From: Laetmonice hystrix
Taxonomy: Eukaryota
NCBI GenBank assembly: GCA_965235115.1
Contig: OZ249452.1
Span: 17,050,001-17,114,000 of the forward strand
Direction: 5' to 3'
Length of the DNA: 64,000 nucleotides
In this document: in pieces, positions 53,815-64,000 of the stretch
Position numbering within the stretch: position 1 is the first letter of the stretch
Layout of the letters: every line of letters begins with the position of its first letter
Position numbers and translations under genes: made by a program
Notes under the pieces: model-generated
What the model was told of the DNA's origin: nothing
Databases searched by the model: none
The model's input: the letters and a program-made list of their open reading frames with translations, nothing else

Positions 53815-54460
53815 AGATCTACAACAGGCGTAATCAATAGGTCTACTATACAGCAGACATCAATAGGTCTACTATACATCAATAGGTCTACTACAACAGC
53901 CATCAATATGTCTAAAGCAGCAATCAATAGGTCTAAAGCAGCAATCAATAGGTCTACTACAGTAGCAATCAATAGGTCTACTACAGTAGCAATCAATGGG
54001 TCTACTACAGTAGCAATCAATAGGTCTACTACAGTAGCAATCAATATGTCTACTACAGTAGCAATCAATAGGTCTACTACAGTAGCAATCAATAGGTCTA
54101 CTACAGTAGCAATCAATAGGTCTACTACAGTAGCAATCAATAGGTCTACTACAGTAGCAATCAATAGGTCTACTACAGTAGCAATCAATATGTCTACTAC
54201 AGTAGCAATCAATAGGTCTACTACAGTAGCAATCAATAGGTCTACTACAGTAGCAATCAATAGGTCTACTACAGTAGCAATCAATAGGTCTACTACAGTA
54301 GCAATCAATAGGTCTACTACAGTAGCAATCAATAGGTCTACTACAGTAGCAATCAATAGGTCTACTACAGTAGCAATCAATAGGTCTACTACAGTAGCAA
54401 TCAATAGGTCTACTACAGTAGCAATCAATATGTCTAAAGCAGCAATCAATAAGTCTACTA
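53815..54460. repeat. 24-nt minisatellite (CAATCAATAGGTCTACTACAGTAG), ~21 regular copies plus degenerate edges
   Basis: Direct reading; explains ORFs 53752-54477 and 53811-54488. Confidence 0.95.
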
Positions 54461-54970
54461 AAGCAGGCATTGATTGACTGTTCACCAATTTAAAAAACAG
54501 ATCTCTTGGTTGCTCAACAGTCTCAACCTTCCAGGGACCTATCTAGGCAGGGATAAATCAGAGCTAAGCAGGAATTTTCTCTAAGACGTCGGCTGACTCA
54601 GACGGTCGATTGAATGCACGGCTGCCTTGAAGTGTTAGAAGCGGAAAGAATAATCTAGAAATCTTTTACACCAAGTCATCTGATGCAGAGCTCCGTGGCA
54701 AGGAAGCTACGTATTTTAAAGACTTTAGTCAGATCTATAGAACCATACACAGTGCAACAATAGAGACAAACTAACTGATAAAATCCTCAAATCACTCAGT
54801 TATGTCACGTTTTGAAGCCTTATTCTACTGCAGAAGACGACTGGGACAACCTAACCGTCAACACTTAAATGCCCCAGTAGAATTCTTTATACAGAGAGCA
54901 GCTTTTATCGGAGTGTTCGACCCTCGCCAGATCTCGCACCGCAGACTTCCGGTGGCTCAAGCGAGAGTTT

Positions 54971-55110
54971 TCTCCGATAAAATTAGACAATAGGACAGGG
55001 TAACGGAACGGATGTCTCCGATAAAATTAGACAATAAGACAGGTTAACGAAACGGATGTCTCCGATTAAATTAGACAATAGGACAGGTTAACGGAACGGG
55101 TCTCTCCGAT
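54971..55110. repeat. 44-45-nt tandem repeat x ~3
   Basis: TCTCCGATAAAATTAGACAATAGGACAGGGTAACGGAACGGATG repeated. Confidence 0.85.
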
Positions 55111-58100
55111 TAGTACTTTAAAAGGAGTAACTACTTAAATAATGAAATCCTGAACAGAAAATGAAATTGGTATTTGGATTGAAGAGTCGAGAAAGAGGCC
55201 AAGGCAGTTGCCGTGAGTAAAGGCTATCAGTGACGTCCCGTATCGTTAGCCTCGGTCTTGTTCAGTCTCAGAAAGAACTTACATTCAAAATGTGACGTCA
55301 CCAATGTTTTGTGAAGTTTCTCTCACGACGTAATGACAGATATCGACCGTCGTAATGTCAACAACCCGTAATTAGTGGACCAATGTCTTGTTACGTAGGC
55401 AGTATCACCAAATGGATTTATTTTCAGAGTCAGACTACGTTTTTAATAGGTGTACAGTATTGTTGTTTTACCTAAGTATTAAATATATATAATTTATGTT
55501 GCATAATCTTTCTTTGTAAGTTCGACATTCTGTTTTGGTTTTGCCCATAATGGTAACTGTTTGTTAGTGCCCCTTACACAGCGAGTCGAGAGACGCCATT
55601 GACAGTATTTGGCTCTGATTCTCATAGAATTGTACCTGGCCCAGCTAACTTAGAGTCAAAGCGAGGCTTGTTCGCATAGGGTAACGTTTCTACAACGTTT
55701 ATAAAACGTTTGTTTGCTGGGAGATTTGGTCAGAAAACGTGCGTACGTTATCACTTACATATACCCACCACTGCCTTGACCTTTGTATACCGGAAGTATA
55801 TGTGATCCTCGAAATGTAGTGTATCATATCTTAAAACGACTGCTCTGCCGCTGAGAAATGTGTACAGTATTCATACCAGCTGATTGTCTCAGTCACCATA
55901 TCACGTTATTGTCAACCACGAGTACGTTTTGTAAGTCGCTCCCTGCGTTTTGTGCCTCAGTTTGTACTACTTTGCCGTGCCATTAAAGGAACAGTTCCAG
56001 GTGCTCACGCTAGAGGGCGGTAGGTGTTTCGTACCACGTGGTCTGTCTAATAGGTCAAAAAGTTGAGATGTCTGGTTGTTTACTTTGTAATTGTTCAGGT
56101 TTTTGGCCGACATATGTCAGCTGTGTTTAGCCATGCGTGACGCCTATCACTTGTACGCTTAATGTCACATAGAGACATGGCTATGGATGTAAGTTTGGTG
56201 TAAGTTTATCCAGGCTATGGATGTAAGTGTGGTGTAAGTTTATCCAGGCACGATGATAATTACTGGTTGATTATGTTACACGAAATGTAATAATGTCCAT
56301 CAACTGGAACAATCTGTATTTCATGATCTTGGTTTTTTTACTCCTACTTTCACCAAAACTCAAGTATTTGCTTTTAAAGGCGTAGGGGTTCTGGCTGGTT
56401 TGTTTAGGCCAGTCAATTAGAAGCGTTAAATTCCAGCTTTAGCAAGATCTTACGTTTTTAAAAAACCCACACCGGCGCCCTTCCAGTGCCCCGTTCGTTA
56501 TGTTGGTAAACTGCTTATTCTGTTGTAGTCGTAAAAACAAATGGTATGAAGATCAGGTGCTGAAACGATAGGAAACACGTCTTCTGATTTCCAAGGGAAA
56601 ATCTATTTTAAAAACTTAGAAGAGTATTAACTGCGACCTAGTATAGTGCATCGTATGATGTTCACAAGAAAAGAATAGTCCTGAATTGTAATGCGAGCGC
56701 AGGTTTCTAAACTGCCCCGTGGGGTTTTGTTTAAAGCCATGGTAAATGTTACACGTTACAGTGAAGGTCAAGTTGTAAAAAACAGGGGTATAAATGTGTT
56801 GAGAGGACAAAACTTTGTAACTACCATGTCAAAATGTGTTACACACCGCGACATGCACGCCTAAAGATGGCATACGTCAGCTTAATCAAAAAATGTATAT
56901 AAACTTTCTAGTAAATCTTTTACACACTATTTTTTCACGCTATAACTGCAGATTTAGTGGAGAATTGTATAGTATTATTGTACACTTAGTCAAAGTATAC
57001 CACTGTGCCATGTATTTGTATGTCGTCCAATGGTGACGTCATTTTCTCCCGCAAATTCCCACCAATCAGGTAGTTGGATCTTGGCGTGGTTGTCAGAAAG
57101 CTGACTATTAGAGGAGTTTTGATTGCTAGATGTGTGACCACTGCACACCTGTTATCCTCGTGGGACTGCACTGTGATACGTCTGTTTCTATAAATAGTAA
57201 CACCGAATGACTACACTTCCATTACCAAAATCATTGTAGGCTGTTTAATTATTTCATGTGTATTTTGTTCGACGAAACTATGATATTATATATACGTTTG
57301 AACGTTGTTCCTAAATCCTTCTACAACCAGGAACTAGAAGTCGTGAGTTCACACTGGTAACCAGGCCAATCGCGTCGTGTACTTCTTGTGGGCTGGCATT
57401 GTTCTTTTCGTTTTGAGTTCTATTTGATCATTGTCATTACTGTCCCTACTGTTGGCGGCCATTAACCCTCGAGTCGTGCTGTCAAGGTCAAGGCCGCAGC
57501 CACCGGAAGTGAATTGTTTGACCTCAGCGTCCGGTTCCCAGTGTCTCTGTTTATTGTTGTAGCAGTTGATTTGCCATGCGGTGGAAATAAAAAACAAAAA
57601 TAAAAAAAAGGTATCATACAATGATAAAAAAAGACTGGCAATTGATATTTCACATGGACTGTTGCCCTCAACGGAGCCTGTCCCACAGAATGTATTTTAA
57701 TAGAGTCTATATATTTCTGATTTGTCGACTTGATGTTGATTTATACTGCGCACGCGTGTATTGTACGCGCCATCTGGGTGTAGAAAAGTGCACTAGAGCT
57801 AGTAGTATGCTGTTCCATCCCTAGACGGCACGTTTTGATATGTGCAGACTCCAGCGTGGGACGAAAACGGGCCTGAGCAAAGCTTGGACCACTTCAGATG
57901 TGACGTGTTGGATATTTTGTATATAATACAAGCCGCGAGCAATAAAGGTGGAAAAATCAAACTTCTGTTGCTTGTGTCATGTACTCACGATAAAAAACTG
58001 CCCCAGTATAACCGCTACCCATACCCCCCCCCCCCCGACTGCGGGGTTGTTTACGAGCCTAAAGACCTTGTTATATATACAAATAATAAAACAACTTCAG

Positions 58101-58355
58101 TTTAACACAAACCGAATACATGTCATACAAAGTTTTAAATGTTAAATGTCATGATAGATCTAATACCACATGTCTGTGGCCATGTTACATGTAACCTTGA
58201 CCTCCTACATGCCCAATAACCACTCCCAGTCTTGCCAAGGACAAACTAAAAGATGAACAAAAAAATATGTGTTCTCAATGTAGGGCTTACATCGATAACA
58301 CCAAGAGGGACGCGCATGCAGTCGACCGAAGGTAAACAACCAGCCTTTACGAAAC

Positions 58356-58510
58356 CAGGGGCAGATCCAGGATTTTTGGTACGAAGGGGGCTAAGGGGGG
58401 GGGGGGGTTCAGTAGGGTTAACTCAAAAGTTTCTATGCATGGGGAATAAGTAAAGTTGGTTGCCAAGGGGGCGGTTAACCCCCCTATACCCCCTCCTAGA
58501 TCCGCGCCTG
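58356..58510. mobile_element. MITE-like element of a CAGGGGCGGATCC / poly-G family
   Basis: Imperfect TIRs CAGGGGCAGATCCAGG and CCTAGATCCGCGCCTG around poly-G; no clear TSD. Confidence 0.55.
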
Positions 58511-58913
58511 CAGTCCTCTTGTCGTCTCTGATGTTGTGTCTGAGCAGACACAGTTCATCATGAATATTTCAGAGGGAGTGACCGTGCCAATATAGCGGAC
58601 AATTTCACACAACAGGCTTGGAGACCGACAGTGTCCATAGCCCCGTATGACTGGTTAACATGATGGTGAGACAAACAGGTTATCAATGTCAAGTTTGCCG
58701 CAAGAAGAATGAGGCAGAAAGTTTCCATACACAGCAATATAGATCTAGACTCATAAATTGTGTCATAAGTGAAAATACTTTAGCTATTAAAGGATGATTA
58801 TATCATAATTTAAAACATAAAATAGTAAACATTCAGTTTGAGTTTGCACATATTGATTATTCATAATAATGACATGTATAAATATAGGGTGTATACCTAG
58901 TGAAGGGTGAAGG

Positions 58914-59131
58914 TCACTTCCTATGACCTTGACTTTCCGTGTCCCTGATGACCTCCCACGCGTACGCGACCTTGAGAACATCAGAGTCGTGCCATTTCTT
59001 CCCAACGATCTGCAAGCCCACCGGAAGTGACATCACAAAGCCAGCGTTCACGCTAATGGCCGGATGTCCTGTTGCGTTGAACGGTGACGTATTCTGGACC
59101 ACGGATCCTGCACTGCCCATTCGGATCAGTT
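58914..59131 (-). CDS. Amidase terminal exon (ELIRMG...NTSPFNATGHPAISVNAG...LPVGLQIVGKKWHDSDVLKVAYAWE...*)
   Basis: NT.PFN.TGHPA.S and LPVGLQ.VG C-terminal amidase motifs, TGA at 58916-58914. The 11 exons sum to 1577 nt, i.e. one base short of a complete 525-aa CDS. Confidence 0.95.
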
Positions 59132-59169
59132 CTGTGAAGGACAAATTCTAGTCATTCTAGTCAGGCATG

Positions 59170-59810
59170 CTCAAGTTGACATCATTTACCTGAAAGATTT
59201 TCTGCCTTCCCCATGCTGAAGTTAATATCATTTACCTGAAAGATTTTCTACCTTGCCCATGCTGAAGTTGACATCATTTTACCTGAAAGATTTTCTGCCT
59301 TGCCCATGCTGAAGTTAATATCATTTACCTGAAAGATTTTCTACCTTGCCCATGCTGAAGTTGACATCATTTACCTGAAAGATTTTCTGCCTTGCCCATG
59401 CTGAAGTTAATATCATTTACCTGAAAGATTTTCTACCTTGCCCATGCTGAAGTTGACATCATTTACCTGAAAGATTTTCTACCTTGCCCATGCTGAAGTT
59501 GACATCATTTACCTGAAAGATTTTCTACCTTGCCCATGCTGAAGTTAATATCATTTACCTGAAAGATTTTCTACCTTTCCCATGCTGAAGTTGACATCAT
59601 TTACCTGAAAGATTTTCTGCCTTGCCCATGCTGAAGTTAATATCATTTACCTGAAAGATTTTCTGCCTTGCCCATGCTGAAGTTAATATCATTTACCTGA
59701 AAGATTTTCTGCCTTGCCCACGCTGAAGTTGACATCATTTACCTGAAAGATTTTCTGCCTTGCCCATGCTGAAGTTGACATCATTTACCTGAAAGATTTT
59801 CTGCCTTGCT
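59170..59810. repeat. 46-nt tandem repeat x 14 spanning the amidase exon-10/intron-10 boundary
   Basis: Donor-complement motif ends at 59189, 59235, 59282, 59328 ... 59788 (46-nt steps, one 47). Confidence 0.97.
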
Positions 59811-59957
59811 CATTTCCGCCGTGGGAAGTTTGATGGCAGTGACCGGCGCGGTTGGCATGACGATGACGTCATAATCCTTCAACACGGCGTCGTACGCCTC
59901 TGTCAGCGCCATCGTCAGATTGGAGGCATGTGCGTAAAAGTCATAATTGGTGGTTTG
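59789..59957 (-). CDS. Amidase exon 10 (QTTNYDFYAHASNL...YDAVLKDYDVIVMPTAPVTAIKLPTAEMSKAENLS)
   Basis: YD..L..YDV..MPT.P motif. Donor CAG|GTAAAT is the first of 14 repeated donors. Confidence 0.9.
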
Positions 59958-60156
59958 CTTTATAAAAATGGCGAAAAAAATCATAAACTGTATTCGGTGG
60001 CATTGGATGTGAGAAAATATAGAGGAATTTGGCTTTAATGCAATTCTGTTTGAATGATTATGGGGCTGGAAATTAATGCCATAAATAAGAAACAAATACA
60101 TTTGTATTTTGAAACGGTTTCTGGCTGGAAATCATGTTAAATGTCCGTAAACCGAC

Positions 60157-60287
60157 CTTCAGGTATTCCCCGGTAAGACAGAGAAGTTTAGCAATTGGTG
60201 AGAGTTCGTTTCGTCTGGTATGAAAGGCCTGGTTGAGATGGGTCATCATGGACGTGAGGTGAAAGCCCTTCCCAGACGGCCCGCTTC
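60157..60287 (-). CDS. Amidase exon 9 (GSGPSGKGFHLTSMMTHLNQAFHTRRNELSPIAKLLCLTGEYLK)
   Basis: AACAG| acceptor, AAG|GTCGGT donor, open frame, phases fit. Confidence 0.82.
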
Positions 60288-60533
60288 CTGTTCGACGATT
60301 TCAACACCGTAACATGTTGTTTATCTTAAGCTTAATCTTCTTCTTAAGCTTAATCTTAACGTTTCTGATTGGCTGGTCTGAGCACACTAGCCAATCAGAA
60401 ACGTTAAGCTCAAGCTTAAGCTACCTATACCGTGAGAATCTCACCACGAGGGAATAAATTCGGATACTTCAAAATACTGGTCTTTACCATTTAGTAAATA
60501 CGCCACTGGTCTGGATAACAACTGTAGACCTAC

Positions 60534-60596
60534 CAGCACGAGAAAACAAGGCTTCGTAAGGTCCATCCGTACACAGTGGTGTCCAGATAGCCTGGC
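60534..60596 (-). CDS. Amidase exon 8 (GQAIWTPLCTDGPYEALFSRA)
   Basis: 63 nt between TTTTTCTAG| and |GTAGGT. Phases 1/1 fit both neighbours. Confidence 0.8.
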
Positions 60597-60947
60597 CTAG
60601 AAAAAGTTGTCACTCCCTCACTACATTGATACTAAACATTATATTTATATACATGTAGTTATGTTCTTTAAGTCCTTTATCAAAATTCTCAAAATTTGAG
60701 CTGATGGTGAGGAAGCATAATACTTCGACCCACTAAGCATGCACCCCAAACAGTAGACAGCAGTCTTTGTCGAATCACTTTTTCAAGACACATGCTAACG
60801 ATTTCACTGTGGAATTCTGTATTGCTTTAAACAAAATACCACGCATAATTTGTGTCTTCTTGATTTCTGTTCCTACTTCTAGCTGGATTCTCTCACATTT
60901 TGCACGTTTTCAATCACACAGCCTTTGTTTCCATGGAGACGACATAC

Positions 60948-61104
60948 CGTCAGCGTGCATGGGAATGCTGACGTCACAGACGGTAGCCCCGGCTGTGATG
61001 AGGGAAGCAGCCGCCACCCTCACCATATCCTCGATACCCTCATCACAGTTGGTAAACCCCTCCACCAATATACCAACTCGGACGCCGCTCAAGTCGGCAC
61101 TCAA
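60948..61104 (-). CDS. Amidase exon 7 (LSADLSGVRVGILVEGF...VSIPMHADG)
   Basis: L.G.RVGIL.EGF and V.IP.H motifs. AAG| acceptor, G|GTATGT donor. Confidence 0.92.
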
Positions 61105-61330
61105 CTTGACACAGATATACGTTTTAACATGTAGCTTGGTAAACTTCTTTTCTTGTTTTAATTTTAGCGAATCTTAAAATACGTAACTCTGACATATGCA
61201 GCGATGACCTTAAAACAATTACATAAAAGTTTCTGCAATGAGCGTATTTTTCTCTGACGATATTCTTCCTGAAACAATAAGTCTCCTTAGTATGTGATCT
61301 GTAGAATGGCTCCTGTCATACGTCACTTAC

Positions 61331-61402
61331 TAGTTTTGAATATTCAGGCACCTCGAACTCCGGAGGCTGTCTCGGGTCAAACCCGTCATGGCCGGCCATC
61401 GC
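61331..61402 (-). CDS. Amidase exon 6 (AMAGHDGFDPRQPPEFEVPEYSKL)
   Basis: 72 nt between TTGTTAG| and |GTAAGT. AG.DG.DPRQ motif. Confidence 0.9.
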
Positions 61403-61646
61403 CTAACAATGAGAAATGGGCCTACCTCAAGGGACAACATTCATGTCAAAATGTTTTTCTTACATTTCGAAATAAGAAAAGCACTTATCGACAAGACAAC
61501 CACTTCACGTACATCAGGGTAAGATCCAGCGGTTCAAAGGGGGCAATGCCCCCTAAAAAAATCTTAGATTTTGGACCTTTAACCCTAAATCAAAATTCTC
61601 TGTATAACGTCGAATGTTATTGATAATTTGAATAGGATGTACAGAC

Positions 61647-61847
61647 CTCGAGGAGCAGAGCACAGTCGGTGACGTTCTGCGCCATGGGGCCGAGATGGTC
61701 GAGTGTAGGTTCCACAGACAGGGCCCCCGTGTAAGGAACAAGGCCCCAGGTCGGTTTCAGCCCGACTACCCCGCACCAAGCGGCGGGTAGGCGTATTGAC
61801 CCACCCTGATCTCCACCAATGGCCACGTCCACCAACTTGGCGGCCAG
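61647..61847 (-). CDS. Amidase exon 5 with nucleophile Ser ([33 protein letters not shown]...DHLGPM)
   Basis: Canonical amidase signature G.DQGGSIR.P...CG..G.KPT.G. CAG| and |GTCTGT boundaries, phase 0. Confidence 0.97.
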
Positions 61848-62038
61848 CTGCAAATGTGTCCTCCTTGTTGGTATTAAGTGTGAGTAACTGCCCGACTCTA
61901 TATTAAATCTATGACATCTTAAAGTACAGCTTTAAAATATATTTGTGACAGATGTAGGTTTAAAATAGGCTTAACCGTCAATGGCACTTCTCGTTACGGA
62001 GAATTTCCGAGTTTGTCCACATGAGACACCGTACTTAC

Positions 62039-62178
62039 AAGTGCGGCGCAGCCCGAAGTCGACCCGCCAGTGGTTCGGGTTTTGTCGGCTGGATACGGAA
62101 CGGGTCCGGTGTCGTTCGTGAAACTGCTACCACTGATACACAGCGACTCACAGGTCGCCTTCCCTGTCACATGACCAC
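62039..62178 (-). CDS. Amidase exon 4 (GHVTGKATCESLCISGSSFTNDTGPVPYPADKTRTTGGSTSGCAAL)
   Basis: GK..CE.LC.SGSS and GGS.SG signature motifs. Donor CTT|GTAAGT. Confidence 0.95.
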
Positions 62179-62384
62179 CTGACAACAAAACACAGCCTTG
62201 GATTAGCTCGCAACAGAAAAAACATAGGAACATAGGATCTAATGTATATTACAGCTTAAAATTTATTTCTATCAATTTTTCAATGCTATAGATAGCACCG
62301 TTGTGAGGAATACACTGAAATGGCTTCTTCCATTGCAAAGAAAGTAAGAAAAATATTTAGTGAAGGTATTTTTTTAAAGCGTAC

Positions 62385-62557
62385 CAGCGTCAAGGACCCT
62401 GGTAACGACCGTAGCGTCCACCTCGGGAGTGTATCCTTCCAGGAGTTTGGAACCCGCCATCATCGGAACACCAGCTACACAAACATTGTCCTTTACCGCC
62501 ACCGTCTTCTTCAACAACTTCCCGCTAGGGGCGCCACTGATGTCCGTCTTCATGTAC
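62385..62557 (-). CDS. Amidase exon 3 with catalytic Lys ([20 protein letters not shown]...[12 protein letters not shown])
   Basis: VAVKDN and DATVV.R.L.AG amidase motifs. CTGCAG| acceptor, G|GTACGC donor. Confidence 0.95.
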
Positions 62558-62739
62558 CTGCAGGAGTTGTATCAAAGCACCGACTAAGCTGTGGCGCCAC
62601 CTATCGAAACAAGCTGAAGTTATCCGGAAGGAACCGTCTTACGTCTAAGCCTAGAACTTGTAATGTGATACATGTGTTTAAACTACCAAAGGTCCCTTAA
62701 TGTTACGAAGATTGTAGAAATATTTTTGCCTGAACTTAC

Positions 62740-62866
62740 CAGGCGTTATATGGGTTGTCGTCCTGTGATGGTCTGTGTCCAGGTAGTCGTGGGTATTTGA
62801 CGGGCGGCTTCGGTTCGACCAGTTCGTACACCCGGTCATATGAGGCCAGGCCCTCGGCAAGGGACG
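62740..62866 (-). CDS. Amidase exon 2 (SLAEGLASYDRVYELVEPKPPVKYPRLPGHRPSQDDNPYNAW)
   Basis: CAG| acceptor, TG|GTAAGT donor. The P..NP.NAW motif is typical just upstream of the amidase catalytic Lys region. Confidence 0.88.
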
Positions 62867-63105
62867 CTGGTTGGAGGGGGGGGGGGGGTACACGTCAAAA
62901 GGCTGACATTATGGGTCTGGAACAGGGGCGTCTCAGCCCGGGTGGACGGCGGGGGTGGCGGGGGGTATTTCCCTCGATATACTTCTATCTCCAGGTTTAC
63001 CATTTATTTTCAGATCTTTCCGTTTATATCCCGTTGTCTAACACACAATTCTACCATCCATATCAATTGCATGACGTAAAATATTCTACCATTAATTTTA
63101 CACAC

Positions 63106-63231
63106 CTGTGTATTGCTCCAGATGTTGCTCAGAAAGATCGAACCCCAGACGCTGGGAAATAGTTCGTACAGTCTCCACTGTGGGGCGCTGCACGCCAGGA
63201 GCGTGGTAAAGCTTTTTATCTCCTTCACTCA
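63106..63231 (-). CDS. Amidase-signature enzyme, coding exon 1 (xSEGDKKLYHAPGVQRPTVETVRTISQRLGFDLSEQHLEQYT)
   Basis: Acceptor TTTGCAG|TG, donor G|GTGTGT. Phases chain to the next exon. Confidence 0.75.
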
Positions 63232-63659
63232 CTGCAAATTGTACGGAAAACGGAATCAACAGGTTCGACTTATTCGATGTACAATTATGTTTTTATCAAG
63301 AAGGAACTCCAACTGAAGACACTGTGTCACATAACCATTACACGGCAAAATGTTAAGTTCAGCACATCCTGACTGTATTTAAGCAGCAGTAGGCCTATAA
63401 AATGTCATGCTCGGTTACTTACTGATAAAGCTCGAATGTCGCGTCCTCCTCACTGTCCTGTCCGTCGCTATGTGTGAGGTCCCACTCCTCACTGTCCTGT
63501 CTGTCGATATGTGAGGTCCCACAGCTTGGTTCTTCAATGTTAACATTTACAGGTTGTCCAGCTGAACTGGTCGATGACATTTTGACACATTCAGACGGAT
63601 AATATGTCCAAGATAACTTCTAGTATCAATCTATCGACCGTATCACAGTATCGTCTGCC

Positions 63660-63710
63660 CAATGTTGACGTCACGACACGCACAGATTGCTCACGTCAGC
63701 TGACGTCATG
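63660..63710. promoter_or_regulatory. CRE cluster upstream of the amidase gene
   Basis: TGACGTCA at 63666 and 63701 with CACGTCA between them, 240-290 nt upstream of the proposed UTR-exon donor at 63422. Confidence 0.4.
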
Positions 63711-64000
63711 TACACATTGTCTTCTCAATCAGTAAAAGCGCCCTGAACCTGATCTTCTTGTCAATAAACCTGTTTGACATTTACCTGGTCACGAGATAAC
63801 GAACAATTTATTGTGATTTGTGATAAAAGACAACTTCAGGCAGGTGATATTCGGTTTTTATTTCCTTCTGAGATTTTGTCATTTTTATGTTTGTTTGTTG
63901 TTTGGGTTGTTGGGGTTGGTTTTTTTTTTGGGGGGGGGGGTGTTGTTTGTTTGCTTGTTCCTTTTCACATGTTGTACTGTTCAAAGTAGTAACAGCAATA

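Noticed and set aside
51973-58100. Precise NR4A polyadenylation site
   Set aside because: By eye, ATTAAA near 55479 and 55982 and AATAAA at 57586 are all candidates; they cannot be resolved without 3'-end data.
63540-63600. Alternative amidase first coding exon (MCQNVIDQFSWTT or MSSTSSAGQP)
   Set aside because: Weak donor (CCT|GTAAAT) and no supporting similarity; the A|TG model has a consensus donor and a typical intron length.

Overview
Eukaryotic (bilaterian, most likely lophotrochozoan: mollusc or annelid) genomic DNA with four assembly gaps; no prokaryotic features and no CRISPR. I reconstructed two spliced genes by hand. (1) On the + strand, an NR4A/HR38 (Nur77/Nurr1-family) nuclear receptor: seven shared coding exons at 47781-51972 plus three in-phase candidate N-termini (Met at 39881 adding a His/Gln-rich extension, Met at 40947 giving MLVLQAQ, and an alternative exon at 47345). 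A candidate distal promoter at about 30.9-31.4 kb carries MEF2 and CRE motifs. (2) On the - strand, an 11-exon amidase-signature enzyme (63231-58914, about 525 aa, Lys-Ser-Ser triad intact) of the type I recall from Rhodococcus amidases. Its last intron is almost entirely 14 tandem copies of the exon end plus the 5' splice donor. The first 30 kb contain no recognisable gene: about 10 minisatellites, microsatellites, MITE-like elements (one with a clean 9-bp target-site duplication) and many CRE, E-box, MEF2 and CTCF-like motifs. Most long ORFs in the supplied track are tandem-repeat artefacts. Splice models, motif calls and counts were made by eye, and no homology search was run. I did not find a clearly new biological system. 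The most unusual observations are the splice-donor array and the layered NR4A 5' architecture.
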